Positions 9,231 through 17,930 of a stretch of 64,000 nucleotides of DNA are shown one piece after another (the stretch's first letter is position 1; every line of letters starts with the position of its first letter). Location of the stretch: NCBI GenBank assembly GCA_020630175.1, contig JAHDBW010000003.1:11982-75981 (forward strand), written 5' to 3'. Source of the DNA: Anaerolineales bacterium. Lineage in GTDB: Bacteria > Chloroflexota > Anaerolineae > Anaerolineales > UBA6668. Both the position numbers and the translations under genes were made by a program. The notes beneath the pieces were generated by a model, which saw only the letters and a list, made by a program, of their open reading frames with translations, ran no database searches and had not been told where the DNA came from.

Positions 9231-10997
9231 TTAGGCCTCCTCAATGCGTTGGAAAATACGGCGGTAGGCGTCTGAGGTTTCGATCAAGGACTCGTGGGTG
9301 CCTGCGGCCACAATTTGGCCATGCCGCAGCACGACAATCTTGTCTGCCCAGCGAATTTGGGAGAGCCGATGCGTAATCAACAGCGTGGTTTGACCTTGGG
9401 AGGCCTCCCGAATGGCGCGTTGAATTTGGTCTTCGGTGGCGCTGTCGATGGCACTGGTGGAATCATCCAAGATAAGAATGCGCGGTTTGATCAGAAATGC
9501 CCGCGCTAAGGCAATCCGCTGCCGTTGACCGCCGGAAAGCGTGACGCCCCGTTCACCGATGACGGTTTCATAGCCATCTTTGAAGCCGCTAATAAAATCA
9601 TGGGCTTGGGCTTTCTTGGCGGCGTCCCGAATCATTTCTGGGGTTGCGTTGGCGTTACCAAAAGCGATGTTATCTGCAATAGAGCGCGAGAATAGAAAGA
9701 TGTCTTGCTCAATAATTGAAACTTGTTGGCGCAAAGACGCCATGTTCCAGTCGCGTACATTGACCCCATCTACCAGCACATTGCCTTGTGAGACATCATA
9801 AATACGATTGACGAGCTTGACTAACGTGGTCTTGCCGGTGCCGGTTTGGCCAACAATGGCAACGGTTTCACCGGGTTCCACTTGCAAATTGATCCCGTTG
9901 AGCACGCTAACCTCCGGCACGTAACCAAAGCTGACATTGTCGAATGTAATCGCTCCAGCAATTTCTGCGTCGTGTCCGGCCGTATTTTGATCTAGCTCGG
10001 TTTTTTTATTCATTAGCTCCAATATCCGCTTGGCGCCAGCTAGGCCAAGGGCCACTTGTGAATAGGCGAATAGAGAAACAAATACGGGGAACCCAAATAA
10101 TTGCAGCAAGATCATATAGTCTGGAATTGCCCCAATTGCTACCGTGCCTTGCTCAAACAAGGTTGTGACATGCCAAAAGCCGATTGCGTTGGCAATCCCG
10201 AACATCAACAGTGGAATGTAACGGGCTTCGATGAAGCTCTGCGCAACCACGGCGTCGCGATACTCGGTGGCGTTCTTTTTGAACAAGGCCATTTCGGCTT
10301 TTTCTTGGGCAGTCCCTTTGACAATTTCAATGCCGTCGATTGCTTCTGCTAAGCGGGCGTTGAGGTTACCAAACGCGGTGCGGGCGCGTTCTGCAACTGG
10401 ATTTAGCATTTGCAAATAGCGCGCGAGTGCAATCAAGTACAGCACTGTAAATGCTGCGGGCAACAGGGCAAGCTGCGGATGAATCCGCAGTGAGAAAATG
10501 ATCGGCATAATCAAAAACATGAAGGAGCCAATCACTAAGTTCAACCCCGGATTAGACAGCAGGTTGATTTCACGCACGTCATTTGTGGCGCGGGCCATAG
10601 TGTCGCCTACAGGGTGCAGATCATGAAAGGTCATGCTCTTGCCAACCAACTCCCCATAAAATTCATCACGGGTATCACGCTCTAGGCGTTGGCCGACGAC
10701 TTCAGCTGAATAGTTGCGCAGGAATTGGAGCAGGGCGCGTAGAAATTGGCTAGCCAAGACGCCACCAGCCGCCCACCAAACGGTGTCATAGTCTGGCGTG
10801 TCGTTTAGCACAATTGCGTTGAAGGCCATCCCAATCATCAACGGCACAACCGCGGCCAGCATTGCATTGGCGACAGCCCCAATGAAAATGCCAATAAAGG
10901 GCAGCCACTGTCGCTTGATGTGGGCGGCAATCCAGCTTGCGGGGCTGCTGCGGTTTGTGTTGTATTGTTTATCGATTGAAAATTCTGATGCGCTCAT
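9231..10997 (-). CDS. ABC exporter, fused permease/ATPase (MdlA-like partner)
   Basis: Walker A GQTGTGKTT, signature LSGGQRQR, Walker B ILDDST. Lies 2 nt from its partner gene. Confidence 0.9.
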   Translation of the reverse strand: MSASEFSIDKQYNTNRSSPASWIAAHIKRQWLPFIGIFIGAVANAMLAAVVPLMIGMAFNAIVLNDTPDYDTVWWAAGGVLASQFLRALLQFLRNYSAEVVGQRLERDTRDEFYGELVGKSMTFHDLHPVGDTMARATNDVREINLLSNPGLNLVIGSFMFLIMPIIFSLRIHPQLALLPAAFTVLYLIALARYLQMLNPVAERARTAFGNLNARLAEAIDGIEIVKGTAQEKAEMALFKKNATEYRDAVVAQSFIEARYIPLLMFGIANAIGFWHVTTLFEQGTVAIGAIPDYMILLQLFGFPVFVSLFAYSQVALGLAGAKRILELMNKKTELDQNTAGHDAEIAGAITFDNVSFGYVPEVSVLNGINLQVEPGETVAIVGQTGTGKTTLVKLVNRIYDVSQGNVLVDGVNVRDWNMASLRQQVSIIEQDIFLFSRSIADNIAFGNANATPEMIRDAAKKAQAHDFISGFKDGYETVIGERGVTLSGGQRQRIALARAFLIKPRILILDDSTSAIDSATEDQIQRAIREASQGQTTLLITHRLSQIRWADKIVVLRHGQIVAAGTHESLIETSDAYRRIFQRIEEA

Positions 10998-11012
10998 AAA
11001 AGTAAAGTGAAG

Positions 11013-11408
11013 CTACGAAAGCTCAAGTAAATCCCACAAATTGCCGTACAGGTCTTCAAAAACTGCCACTGTGCCGTAGTCGGCAACTTTTGGTTCTCTT
11101 ACAAAGGTAATGCCTTTGGCTAGCATAGCGTTGTAGTCACGCCAGAAATCGTCTGTTTGCAAGAAGAGGAACACGCGTCCGCCGGTTTGGCGGCCAATAA
11201 ATGGCTCTTGCTCTGGCTTAGAGGCGCGCGCTAGCAATAAATTTGCGCCATCTGCGCCGCCCGGTGGGCGCACCACAACCCAACGTTTGTCTTGCTCAGG
11301 TTGATATGTGTCATCTATCAAGGTGAAATTGAGTTTGTTGCAGTAAAAATCAATTGCGTCGTCATAGTCTTGGACGACTAATGCAACATGGAGCAAGCGT
11401 TGTTTCAT
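11013..11408 (-). CDS. VOC/glyoxalase-family protein
   Basis: 131 aa with the paired beta-alpha-beta-beta-beta pattern (HVALVVQDYDDAIDFY ... FEDLYGNLWDL). Confidence 0.75.
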   Translation of the reverse strand: MKQRLLHVALVVQDYDDAIDFYCNKLNFTLIDDTYQPEQDKRWVVVRPPGGADGANLLLARASKPEQEPFIGRQTGGRVFLFLQTDDFWRDYNAMLAKGITFVREPKVADYGTVAVFEDLYGNLWDLLELS

Positions 11409-11544
11409 GATCGTAAATGTTGTGTAAGCAGGTTGGGTGTTGCTGCGGATTGCGTGTGTTTCACGCTAAGGTGCGGCAAGTTTTGTTGTTGTAAGTGCGC
11501 TGTTTGCCAACTGTAGCGTAACAGTTAGTATACAGTGAATGTAC

Positions 11545-14106
11545 TTAATTTACGGCGAAAACCCAAGCCAATCCATTGCTGAAGACAAGAGAATAGTGCG
11601 CTGAATTGAGGAATTTATCTGGGGTGAAGTGTTGGCCTTGTGGACCAATGTAAACGTGCGTGACGCCTTCCGTTGCAAGCGCACTCAAGAATTCGGGCGT
11701 GTTGACGTCAGTTGTTTCCCAGGCGATGGTGCCAAAGTCAAAAACACGCTGGGCATAGGGCTTGTTATAGGTGTACCAGAAGGTTGGCGTGGTTGTGGTG
11801 CGGCCAGTGACCGCCGGAATCCAATACCCCGCATCTGCGCCAGCCCAGACGGTTCCGTCATACCAAGGCCACAGATTGATTAGAAAGTGATCGTCCAGCG
11901 TGGTGTTGGCATTGATCCAGTCTAGGGCGGCCATATCAGCTTCTGTGCCTAGCACTGCGCCCGGTTCAATCACGTCTAGGCTGTGGCGCAGGCCAAAAAT
12001 AGTGACCGTCCCAATTAATATGCCTAGCGCTAATCTGGCAAACGTGTGCTGTAGCGCTGGAAACAGGGTTGCTTCACGCTTGGTCAACGCAGTGTAGAGC
12101 GGTTGTGCAAATGCAATGTACAGCAAGAACGCAAAGCGAACGAAGACAATTTGGCTGTCAATTAGCCAGTCTGGGGCGAGGGCTAGCCATGTGATGCCCG
12201 CCCAAATAATCTCTACTAGCATCCACAAGATCAGCCCTAACTTAGTGTTGATGAGGTGCCAAACGGCATAGCCCACAGCAATACAGGCGGGGACAAAGAG
12301 CGTAATGTAGAACGTGTGGTTTGTGATGACCCACGTTGTGCGTAGCCCAAACTGGTCAAGGTTCAAGATTACAAATTGCAAGACCAGCCAAGCCGTAATA
12401 ACAAAGCCCCAGCGTTGACGGTGCCAAATCGCGAGGATCAACCCTAAGATTGCTAATGGCAGCCAGTAAGGCTCTACAAAAGAGGTGACATAGTCAACTG
12501 GGAATTTGGTGTAAGACGTGGTGCCGGATGAGAGTGCCTTTTGGGCCGATTCTGCCTGACGTACAACGTTGCTATACACACGCCACATCCACGGGCTAGA
12601 GAGGCCTAGCGTGATTGCGCCCGCAATGGTCCAGAGGGGTAAACGGCGCCAGTTGAAGAGGGCACAGGCCACGGCGAACACAATGAAGAATGCAATAACG
12701 CGAATATGAACAATGCTTAGCCCCGCCGCTAAACAGCCAATGATTAGCGCCAGCTGCCAACGTTTTTCGATTGATTTTGTTTGCGGTAACGCGATGCCAA
12801 TCCACATGAGCACGAGCAGCGTGATTTGTCCGGCTAACTGCGTAATGCGCCCCCAGTCTGTGAATTGATTAGGGAAGCGCGAGATAAACCCAACAAATAT
12901 GAGAGCAATGATGCCAATCCAACGGGTCTTTGTGATATTTGCGGTGAACGCATAAGCTGCCAGTGCCGCGCCAATTACAAGTAATTGAGTGAAAACTAAG
13001 AAAATATCTGTCAGGGCAAGGTGCGGCAACATCAGTTGTAGCGTGCCCACAATCGCGTGTAACCCAATGTGATAGTAGAGCGGTGTCTCAAATAATTGTG
13101 GCCCAAGCGTTGGCGCAATGTTGCCCGCCTCTAGCAGAATGCGCGTGAGTAAGGCGTGGTTGGGCACATCTACCAGCGCTGGTAACACTAGATGTTGCAC
13201 ATTGAGGATGCGGGTCAGAAAGAGCAGGCCGGTGAGGACGAGCAGGGTGATTGTGGCTGAATCTGATGCAGGGCGCGCAAAAACGCGCTTGAGCGATTGG
13301 CGCCGTTGCCACAAAAAGATCCCACTAAGCGTGAGCATTAGCAGCCACGTGTTTAGGCTGGTCCAGCGCAGGTTGAGTTGTGTCATCCCCAGCCATAGCA
13401 GGGCGGTGACTGAAATGCCGCTCCCAAACCCGAAGGCAAGCTTGCTAATGCGGTCTAGGCTAGCGTATTGCGGGTGGAGTTGTAGCACCAACAAGCCCGG
13501 CAGGATTAGCCCAATTAGCGTTGCGGCGCTGACCTGTAGCCAGCGCGGTAGCCATTGAAAAACGCCGCTGACAGCTTCTGTTGCGGTGAGCCGATAGCGC
13601 GTTTCAAAACGAATGTCGCCGGGATTAGCGGCGATGGCTGTGCCAGCGTGATAGCTGTCATAATCACTGCCCCAAAGGGCGACAACATCAGCGGTATTGC
13701 TGGCTGTTATTGCAAATTGATATGACTTGTCTTTTGAAAAATGCTGGGCAGGAAAGCCAAATTCGAGGATCGTATTGTGCGCGAGTGCAGTAACGGCTTG
13801 CTGCGTTGTTGCAAGCACAGCGCCATTTTGATCTAGTAGGCTCGCGTTGAAAACAGTGGTTGTGTTGGTGAGCTTATCAGGTTCAAAGACAGCGATCCAA
13901 ACTTTGATTTTGGAAAACCCATGATGGGTTGCGGTAAATGACTGCCGCAGTTGGTTGTCATTATCTTTGAAATGAAAAACTGTTGTATTGCGGCGTTGAA
14001 CTGTATCAATGCGCTCAATGGGTTGCCACCATAGCAGCAGCATCAAGAGCGCGGCCAACCCCGTGCCAACTAGCACCCAAGTTGGTGCTTTGCCCAGCTG
14101 TTTCAA
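11545..14106 (-). CDS. large polytopic membrane protein, possibly a GT-C-type glycosyltransferase
   Basis: 853 aa: N-terminal TM helix, extracytoplasmic domain, more than 12 TM helices, C-terminal soluble domain. The functional assignment is only an architecture-based guess. Confidence 0.55.
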   Translation of the reverse strand: MKQLGKAPTWVLVGTGLAALLMLLLWWQPIERIDTVQRRNTTVFHFKDNDNQLRQSFTATHHGFSKIKVWIAVFEPDKLTNTTTVFNASLLDQNGAVLATTQQAVTALAHNTILEFGFPAQHFSKDKSYQFAITASNTADVVALWGSDYDSYHAGTAIAANPGDIRFETRYRLTATEAVSGVFQWLPRWLQVSAATLIGLILPGLLVLQLHPQYASLDRISKLAFGFGSGISVTALLWLGMTQLNLRWTSLNTWLLMLTLSGIFLWQRRQSLKRVFARPASDSATITLLVLTGLLFLTRILNVQHLVLPALVDVPNHALLTRILLEAGNIAPTLGPQLFETPLYYHIGLHAIVGTLQLMLPHLALTDIFLVFTQLLVIGAALAAYAFTANITKTRWIGIIALIFVGFISRFPNQFTDWGRITQLAGQITLLVLMWIGIALPQTKSIEKRWQLALIIGCLAAGLSIVHIRVIAFFIVFAVACALFNWRRLPLWTIAGAITLGLSSPWMWRVYSNVVRQAESAQKALSSGTTSYTKFPVDYVTSFVEPYWLPLAILGLILAIWHRQRWGFVITAWLVLQFVILNLDQFGLRTTWVITNHTFYITLFVPACIAVGYAVWHLINTKLGLILWMLVEIIWAGITWLALAPDWLIDSQIVFVRFAFLLYIAFAQPLYTALTKREATLFPALQHTFARLALGILIGTVTIFGLRHSLDVIEPGAVLGTEADMAALDWINANTTLDDHFLINLWPWYDGTVWAGADAGYWIPAVTGRTTTTPTFWYTYNKPYAQRVFDFGTIAWETTDVNTPEFLSALATEGVTHVYIGPQGQHFTPDKFLNSAHYSLVFSNGLAWVFAVN

Positions 14107-14112
14107 ATTGAA

Positions 14113-14331
14113 TTACCCTTGTGGGGTTGGGGGCGTCATTGGGACTGGTGTTGCCGGGTAGGCGGTTGGGCCAGCGGTCGGTGGGCCAACTGTTGCTGGC
14201 GCTGACGCATTGTCCCCGTTTGTAGGGGTGACAGAATTGTTTGATTTACAGCCGGCAAGGCCAATTGCCAACGCAATTAGCAAAGCTGAGATTAGAGTTG
14301 AAAGCTTTTTGAATGTAAGTGAAGAATGCAT
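14113..14331 (-). CDS. small Pro/Thr-rich lipoprotein
   Basis: Signal peptide with lipobox LAGC. Lies 6 nt upstream of the 853-aa membrane protein gene. Confidence 0.55.
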   Translation of the reverse strand: MHSSLTFKKLSTLISALLIALAIGLAGCKSNNSVTPTNGDNASAPATVGPPTAGPTAYPATPVPMTPPTPQG

Positions 14332-14455
14332 AGCACTTGAAAAACGATACTGTTTGGAACCACCAGAATTGTTATGGTCGTCATAACAATTTTCTAACTT
14401 TGATTATCGTACTCTGCTCAAGCCTTCGATGCAAGCGGCAGTCTGGATGGGTTAA

Positions 14456-14490
14456 ATAAAAAAGCACTGCATTAGTACAGTGCTTTCTTT
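14456..14490 (-). terminator. intrinsic terminator after the 121-aa membrane protein gene
   Basis: Stem AGCACTG/CAGTGCT with an 8-nt loop. On the minus strand it is followed by a T-run. Confidence 0.6.
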
Positions 14491-14509
14491 ATAGCTTACT
14501 TGTTTGTGC

Positions 14510-14875
14510 TTACGCGGTGACGGGTGCCCCGTCTGAAAACCAATCGATGAGCAGTGCCCAACGAACTTGAGCAGCTTCACGATTGCGCGAGAAGATGCCC
14601 ATCAGGGCAAACATTACGCTAAGTAACAAGACAAACCCTAACGCAGGTGCTAGAAATACAATTCCAATAAGCGGAATGCCTTCTGTAACTTTGTGGCGCA
14701 CCATGCGGATCCCGTTGCCAAAACTGACCATGTCAGATGACACATATAGGGAGACAAAAATCAAAAACGTAATTAGTGCGCAGACGGTATATAAGCCACT
14801 GATACTTTGAACAACGGCAATTGGCCACAGCACTGCACCGCTAAAAAATGCGGCTGTAAGAACTTTTCCTGTCAT
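14510..14875 (-). CDS. small integral membrane protein (about 4 TM)
   Basis: 121 aa, mostly hydrophobic helices. No recognisable family. Confidence 0.5.
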   Translation of the reverse strand: MTGKVLTAAFFSGAVLWPIAVVQSISGLYTVCALITFLIFVSLYVSSDMVSFGNGIRMVRHKVTEGIPLIGIVFLAPALGFVLLLSVMFALMGIFSRNREAAQVRWALLIDWFSDGAPVTA

Positions 14876-15056
14876 AAAATACCTCTTCTAAAATACGGAC
14901 TACAACTACGTGTGTATTACCTCCTTAATAGTAAAGGGCAAGCCTTGTTTTTATATTCAGATTTAGTATTAGTTTGGTAATAAAACTGTTCGAGTATTTT
15001 GCTTTTGTCAACTGATGCGTGTTGCTTGCCGATATTTGGCATGTTATGATGCTTTT

Positions 15057-16256
15057 ATGACGTCTGAAGAAAGAATTCTTGTCATTGATCAAGACGAAGC
15101 AGCCCGCGAGCTGCTCATGTATGAAACGCTACAGCCCGCAGGCTATGCGGTTGTTGCTGTTGATTCGGCTGCAAGCGCTTTAGAAATGCTGGGCGAATTT
15201 CCGCCGGATTTGCTGATTACCGATCTGCAAACTTCTGGGTTTAGCGGCAAAGACCTTATCACCGCATTAAAAGCACAAGGTGTTGATGCGCCGGTAATTG
15301 TCTTAGTTGAAGATGGCAATGAGCAAAGCGCGTTGGATGCCTTCCGGCTTGGCGCGGTAGATTACCTGACAAAGCCATTGCGTGAAGCTGAAGTTGTTGC
15401 TGCGGTAGACCGCGCAATGCAGAGCATTCGCATTCAACGCGAAAGCACTGCGATGGCGGGTAAGCTGCAATTGGCTAACACCTCGTTAGAAAAGCGCGTT
15501 CGCGAGCTTACAACGCTGATTGGGGTTGCGAAAAGCATTACGAACCTTAATAACGTTGAGGCGCTGTTCAATCGCTTGGTCAGTGCTGGCTTGTATGTCA
15601 CAAATGCCGATGTAGGCTGGCTACTTTTGCTCGATGATAAAACAGGCGAGTTGCGTTATGAAACATCGCAAAACCTGCCTGATGATCTGCCAAAGAAATT
15701 TGTGCCGCAGCGTGGCGCAAAATGGCATGCTGGCATGTCGCCAATGATTATGTTGTCTGGTCAGCCCTTGATGTTACATGGGTCGCGGCTTGAGAAGTTC
15801 TTGCTTGGCCGCTTTGCAAAAACAGCGTTGGTTGTGCCGATTATGGTAAAAGATCAGCCGGTTGGCACGATTGTGATGGCCCGGCATGAAGATCAACCGT
15901 TTGGCGATCGTGATAAAACGATGTTAGCCGCAGTTGCAGACTATGCGTCAGCAGCCGTTGTTAATATTCGTTTATTCCAAGCCTTGGAATTGCGTGCTGA
16001 AAAATTAGACATGCTCAATCAAGAGATTATCTCTGGCGAAAAAGGCCGTGATGATATGCTGATTAGGCTTGGCGAGATTTTAGATAAACCGGTCAAAAAG
16101 GCACTTTCTGGCATTGAAAGCCTAGCCCAAGGGGATTTAGGCGATTTGACCGATGATCAGACCCAAGCGCTCTCAACAGTGTGGGAACATCTTGGCTTAG
16201 CCGATGAACTTATCGATACGCTGCGGGCGGGCACGTCTCAGATCATTGAGCAATAA
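15057..16256 (+). CDS. response-regulator receiver + GAF + DHp-like C-terminal domain
   Basis: Start at ATG 15057. REC hallmarks (DQDE, ITDL, LTKPL), a coiled coil, a GAF-like core and a C-terminal HisKA-like helix pair lacking His. Confidence 0.8.
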   Translation: MTSEERILVIDQDEAARELLMYETLQPAGYAVVAVDSAASALEMLGEFPPDLLITDLQTSGFSGKDLITALKAQGVDAPVIVLVEDGNEQSALDAFRLGAVDYLTKPLREAEVVAAVDRAMQSIRIQRESTAMAGKLQLANTSLEKRVRELTTLIGVAKSITNLNNVEALFNRLVSAGLYVTNADVGWLLLLDDKTGELRYETSQNLPDDLPKKFVPQRGAKWHAGMSPMIMLSGQPLMLHGSRLEKFLLGRFAKTALVVPIMVKDQPVGTIVMARHEDQPFGDRDKTMLAAVADYASAAVVNIRLFQALELRAEKLDMLNQEIISGEKGRDDMLIRLGEILDKPVKKALSGIESLAQGDLGDLTDDQTQALSTVWEHLGLADELIDTLRAGTSQIIEQ

Positions 16257-16282
16257 CCGCTAAATTGCAAAGCTAATAGAAA

Positions 16283-16315
16283 TAAAAAAGGCGCTCCAGT
16301 TGGAGCGCCTTTTTC
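16283..16315. terminator. bidirectional intrinsic terminator
   Basis: GGCGCTCCA-GT-TGGAGCGCC stem flanked by an A-run and a T-run, between convergent genes. Confidence 0.75.
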
Positions 16316-16335
16316 GTTTAAGTTTCACTGCAATG

Positions 16336-16800
16336 TTATTGCAACACTAGCTCTTGGGCAGGCTGGGGATATGGGCTGAAGTGAAAGTCTTCAACCTTTG
16401 TAAGATCAATGCTTGTGGTAAGCACGTTATCCCAAGCCAGCGCAACTGCGCGAATTTGAGTCATGATGTTGTCACGCGTTTCGCGCTCAAATTTATTGAG
16501 CTCTTGCCAGCGACTGGTGTAGTTGAAACCGGCAACCAAAATCCCAGAGATTGCATATTGCAGCGCATAGGGAAGTTCACAAGGAACATAATTTTCAGTT
16601 TGTGGGTTGTGGTGTTGTTCGATAACACGGAGGCAGCGAAGTATGTCTTCAACGTGGGGGGTGATATCGACGCGTTTACCAGTGACATCTGCGCAGTGTA
16701 GGGCATAAACAAAACTGCGGTCTGAGTGTGGATGGCCTTGGATTTGACCAGCGGGATTGGCGTGTTCCTGCAAACGTATTAAAGCATCTGGGTAATTCAT
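16336..16800 (-). CDS. hypothetical protein (154 aa)
   Basis: Clean ORF with its own AT-rich upstream region. No motif recognised. Confidence 0.5.
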   Translation of the reverse strand: MNYPDALIRLQEHANPAGQIQGHPHSDRSFVYALHCADVTGKRVDITPHVEDILRCLRVIEQHHNPQTENYVPCELPYALQYAISGILVAGFNYTSRWQELNKFERETRDNIMTQIRAVALAWDNVLTTSIDLTKVEDFHFSPYPQPAQELVLQ

Positions 16801-17114
16801 AATTAATATTGTCTAGAAACCGAAACTTTTTGATTAGCTGTGTCTTATTTGCATCAAGTCGATGTAAATAAAGGGATTAGATGTGGAAACAACAAGCGCC
16901 TGTTTAAGGTAGTTTCAAAGTCTTGGTTGAAAGATTGACTTGAACTATAAATTTTTCATTGTGACGCGAGCAATATCCACGTTGTGTTTTTTGTGCATCA
17001 TGACAAAAACACACGGGTTACAAACTAAATAGTAACCATTTCTAACCTCAGATGCAAGTGATATTTATACTAGTGGTTCACTAAGGTTAGATAAAGGTTT
17101 GTTTATTGAAGTAT

Positions 17115-17930
17115 CTAAAGCGCCTGTTTTGAAGGGGGAAATGCGTTTCCAGATGCAATAGGGGTCACTGATCCAGTTAACAGAATAGTGTTTTGGTTAG
17201 AAATATCAACATTAAGCAATCCACCGCAGGTTTGTACAGTTACCTGATTTTTTACATATTGCAACTGATTTGCGGCGGCAGCGGCGGCGCAACTGCTGCT
17301 GCCAGATGACAATGTGTAACCAGCGCCGCGCTCCCAAATTTCAATTTTGATAGTGTCTTGATCAACGCGTTCTAAGAACTGAACGTTGGTTCGATTAGGG
17401 AAGTTGGCGTGGGTTTCGATAGATGGACCGAGCGCTAGCGCAGTCGCTTTTGTTGCGGGCTGGCCTAACACAACACAGTGTGGGTTACCCATTGAGACCG
17501 GTAGGTATTGAATTTGCGTTTGATCTGGCAGGGTGAGGCTTTTTATTGCGGGGGCAATGGTTGCAGTGCCCATCTCAATTTTGATTAATGCATTAGATAG
17601 CTTAGTGGCACGCCTTTTAGCAAATGGGGTTTGCAGGACGATGGTGGTTAAGGCTGGGTCAGCGTCGAATAAGTACCGCGCAAAAATTCTTAGGCCGTTG
17701 CCGCTGGTTTCTGCTTCGCTGCCATCTGGATTGAAAATGCGCAGTTTTGCCACGCCAGCCGCAGCGGAGCCATAATCAATAAGCAGGCCGTCACTGCCTA
17801 CGCCAAAGTCAGTGTGGCATAGCCAGCGTGCAATGTCTGCTTCGGTATGCGTTGCGACTGCACTGGCTGGCACCACAATGTACGTGTTGCCAAGCGCCTG
17901 ATATTTTGAAAACTGAATGGAATGAGGCAA
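17115..17930 (-). CDS. DapF-fold (diaminopimelate epimerase family) protein with Ser at both catalytic Cys positions
   Basis: Collinear with DapF: FSKYQALGNTY, RIFNPDGSEAETSGNGLR, SMGNPHCV, ERGAGYTLSSGSSSCAA. The TTG start directly abuts the kinase stop codon. Confidence 0.8.
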   Translation of the reverse strand: MPHSIQFSKYQALGNTYIVVPASAVATHTEADIARWLCHTDFGVGSDGLLIDYGSAAAGVAKLRIFNPDGSEAETSGNGLRIFARYLFDADPALTTIVLQTPFAKRRATKLSNALIKIEMGTATIAPAIKSLTLPDQTQIQYLPVSMGNPHCVVLGQPATKATALALGPSIETHANFPNRTNVQFLERVDQDTIKIEIWERGAGYTLSSGSSSCAAAAAANQLQYVKNQVTVQTCGGLLNVDISNQNTILLTGSVTPIASGNAFPPSKQAL

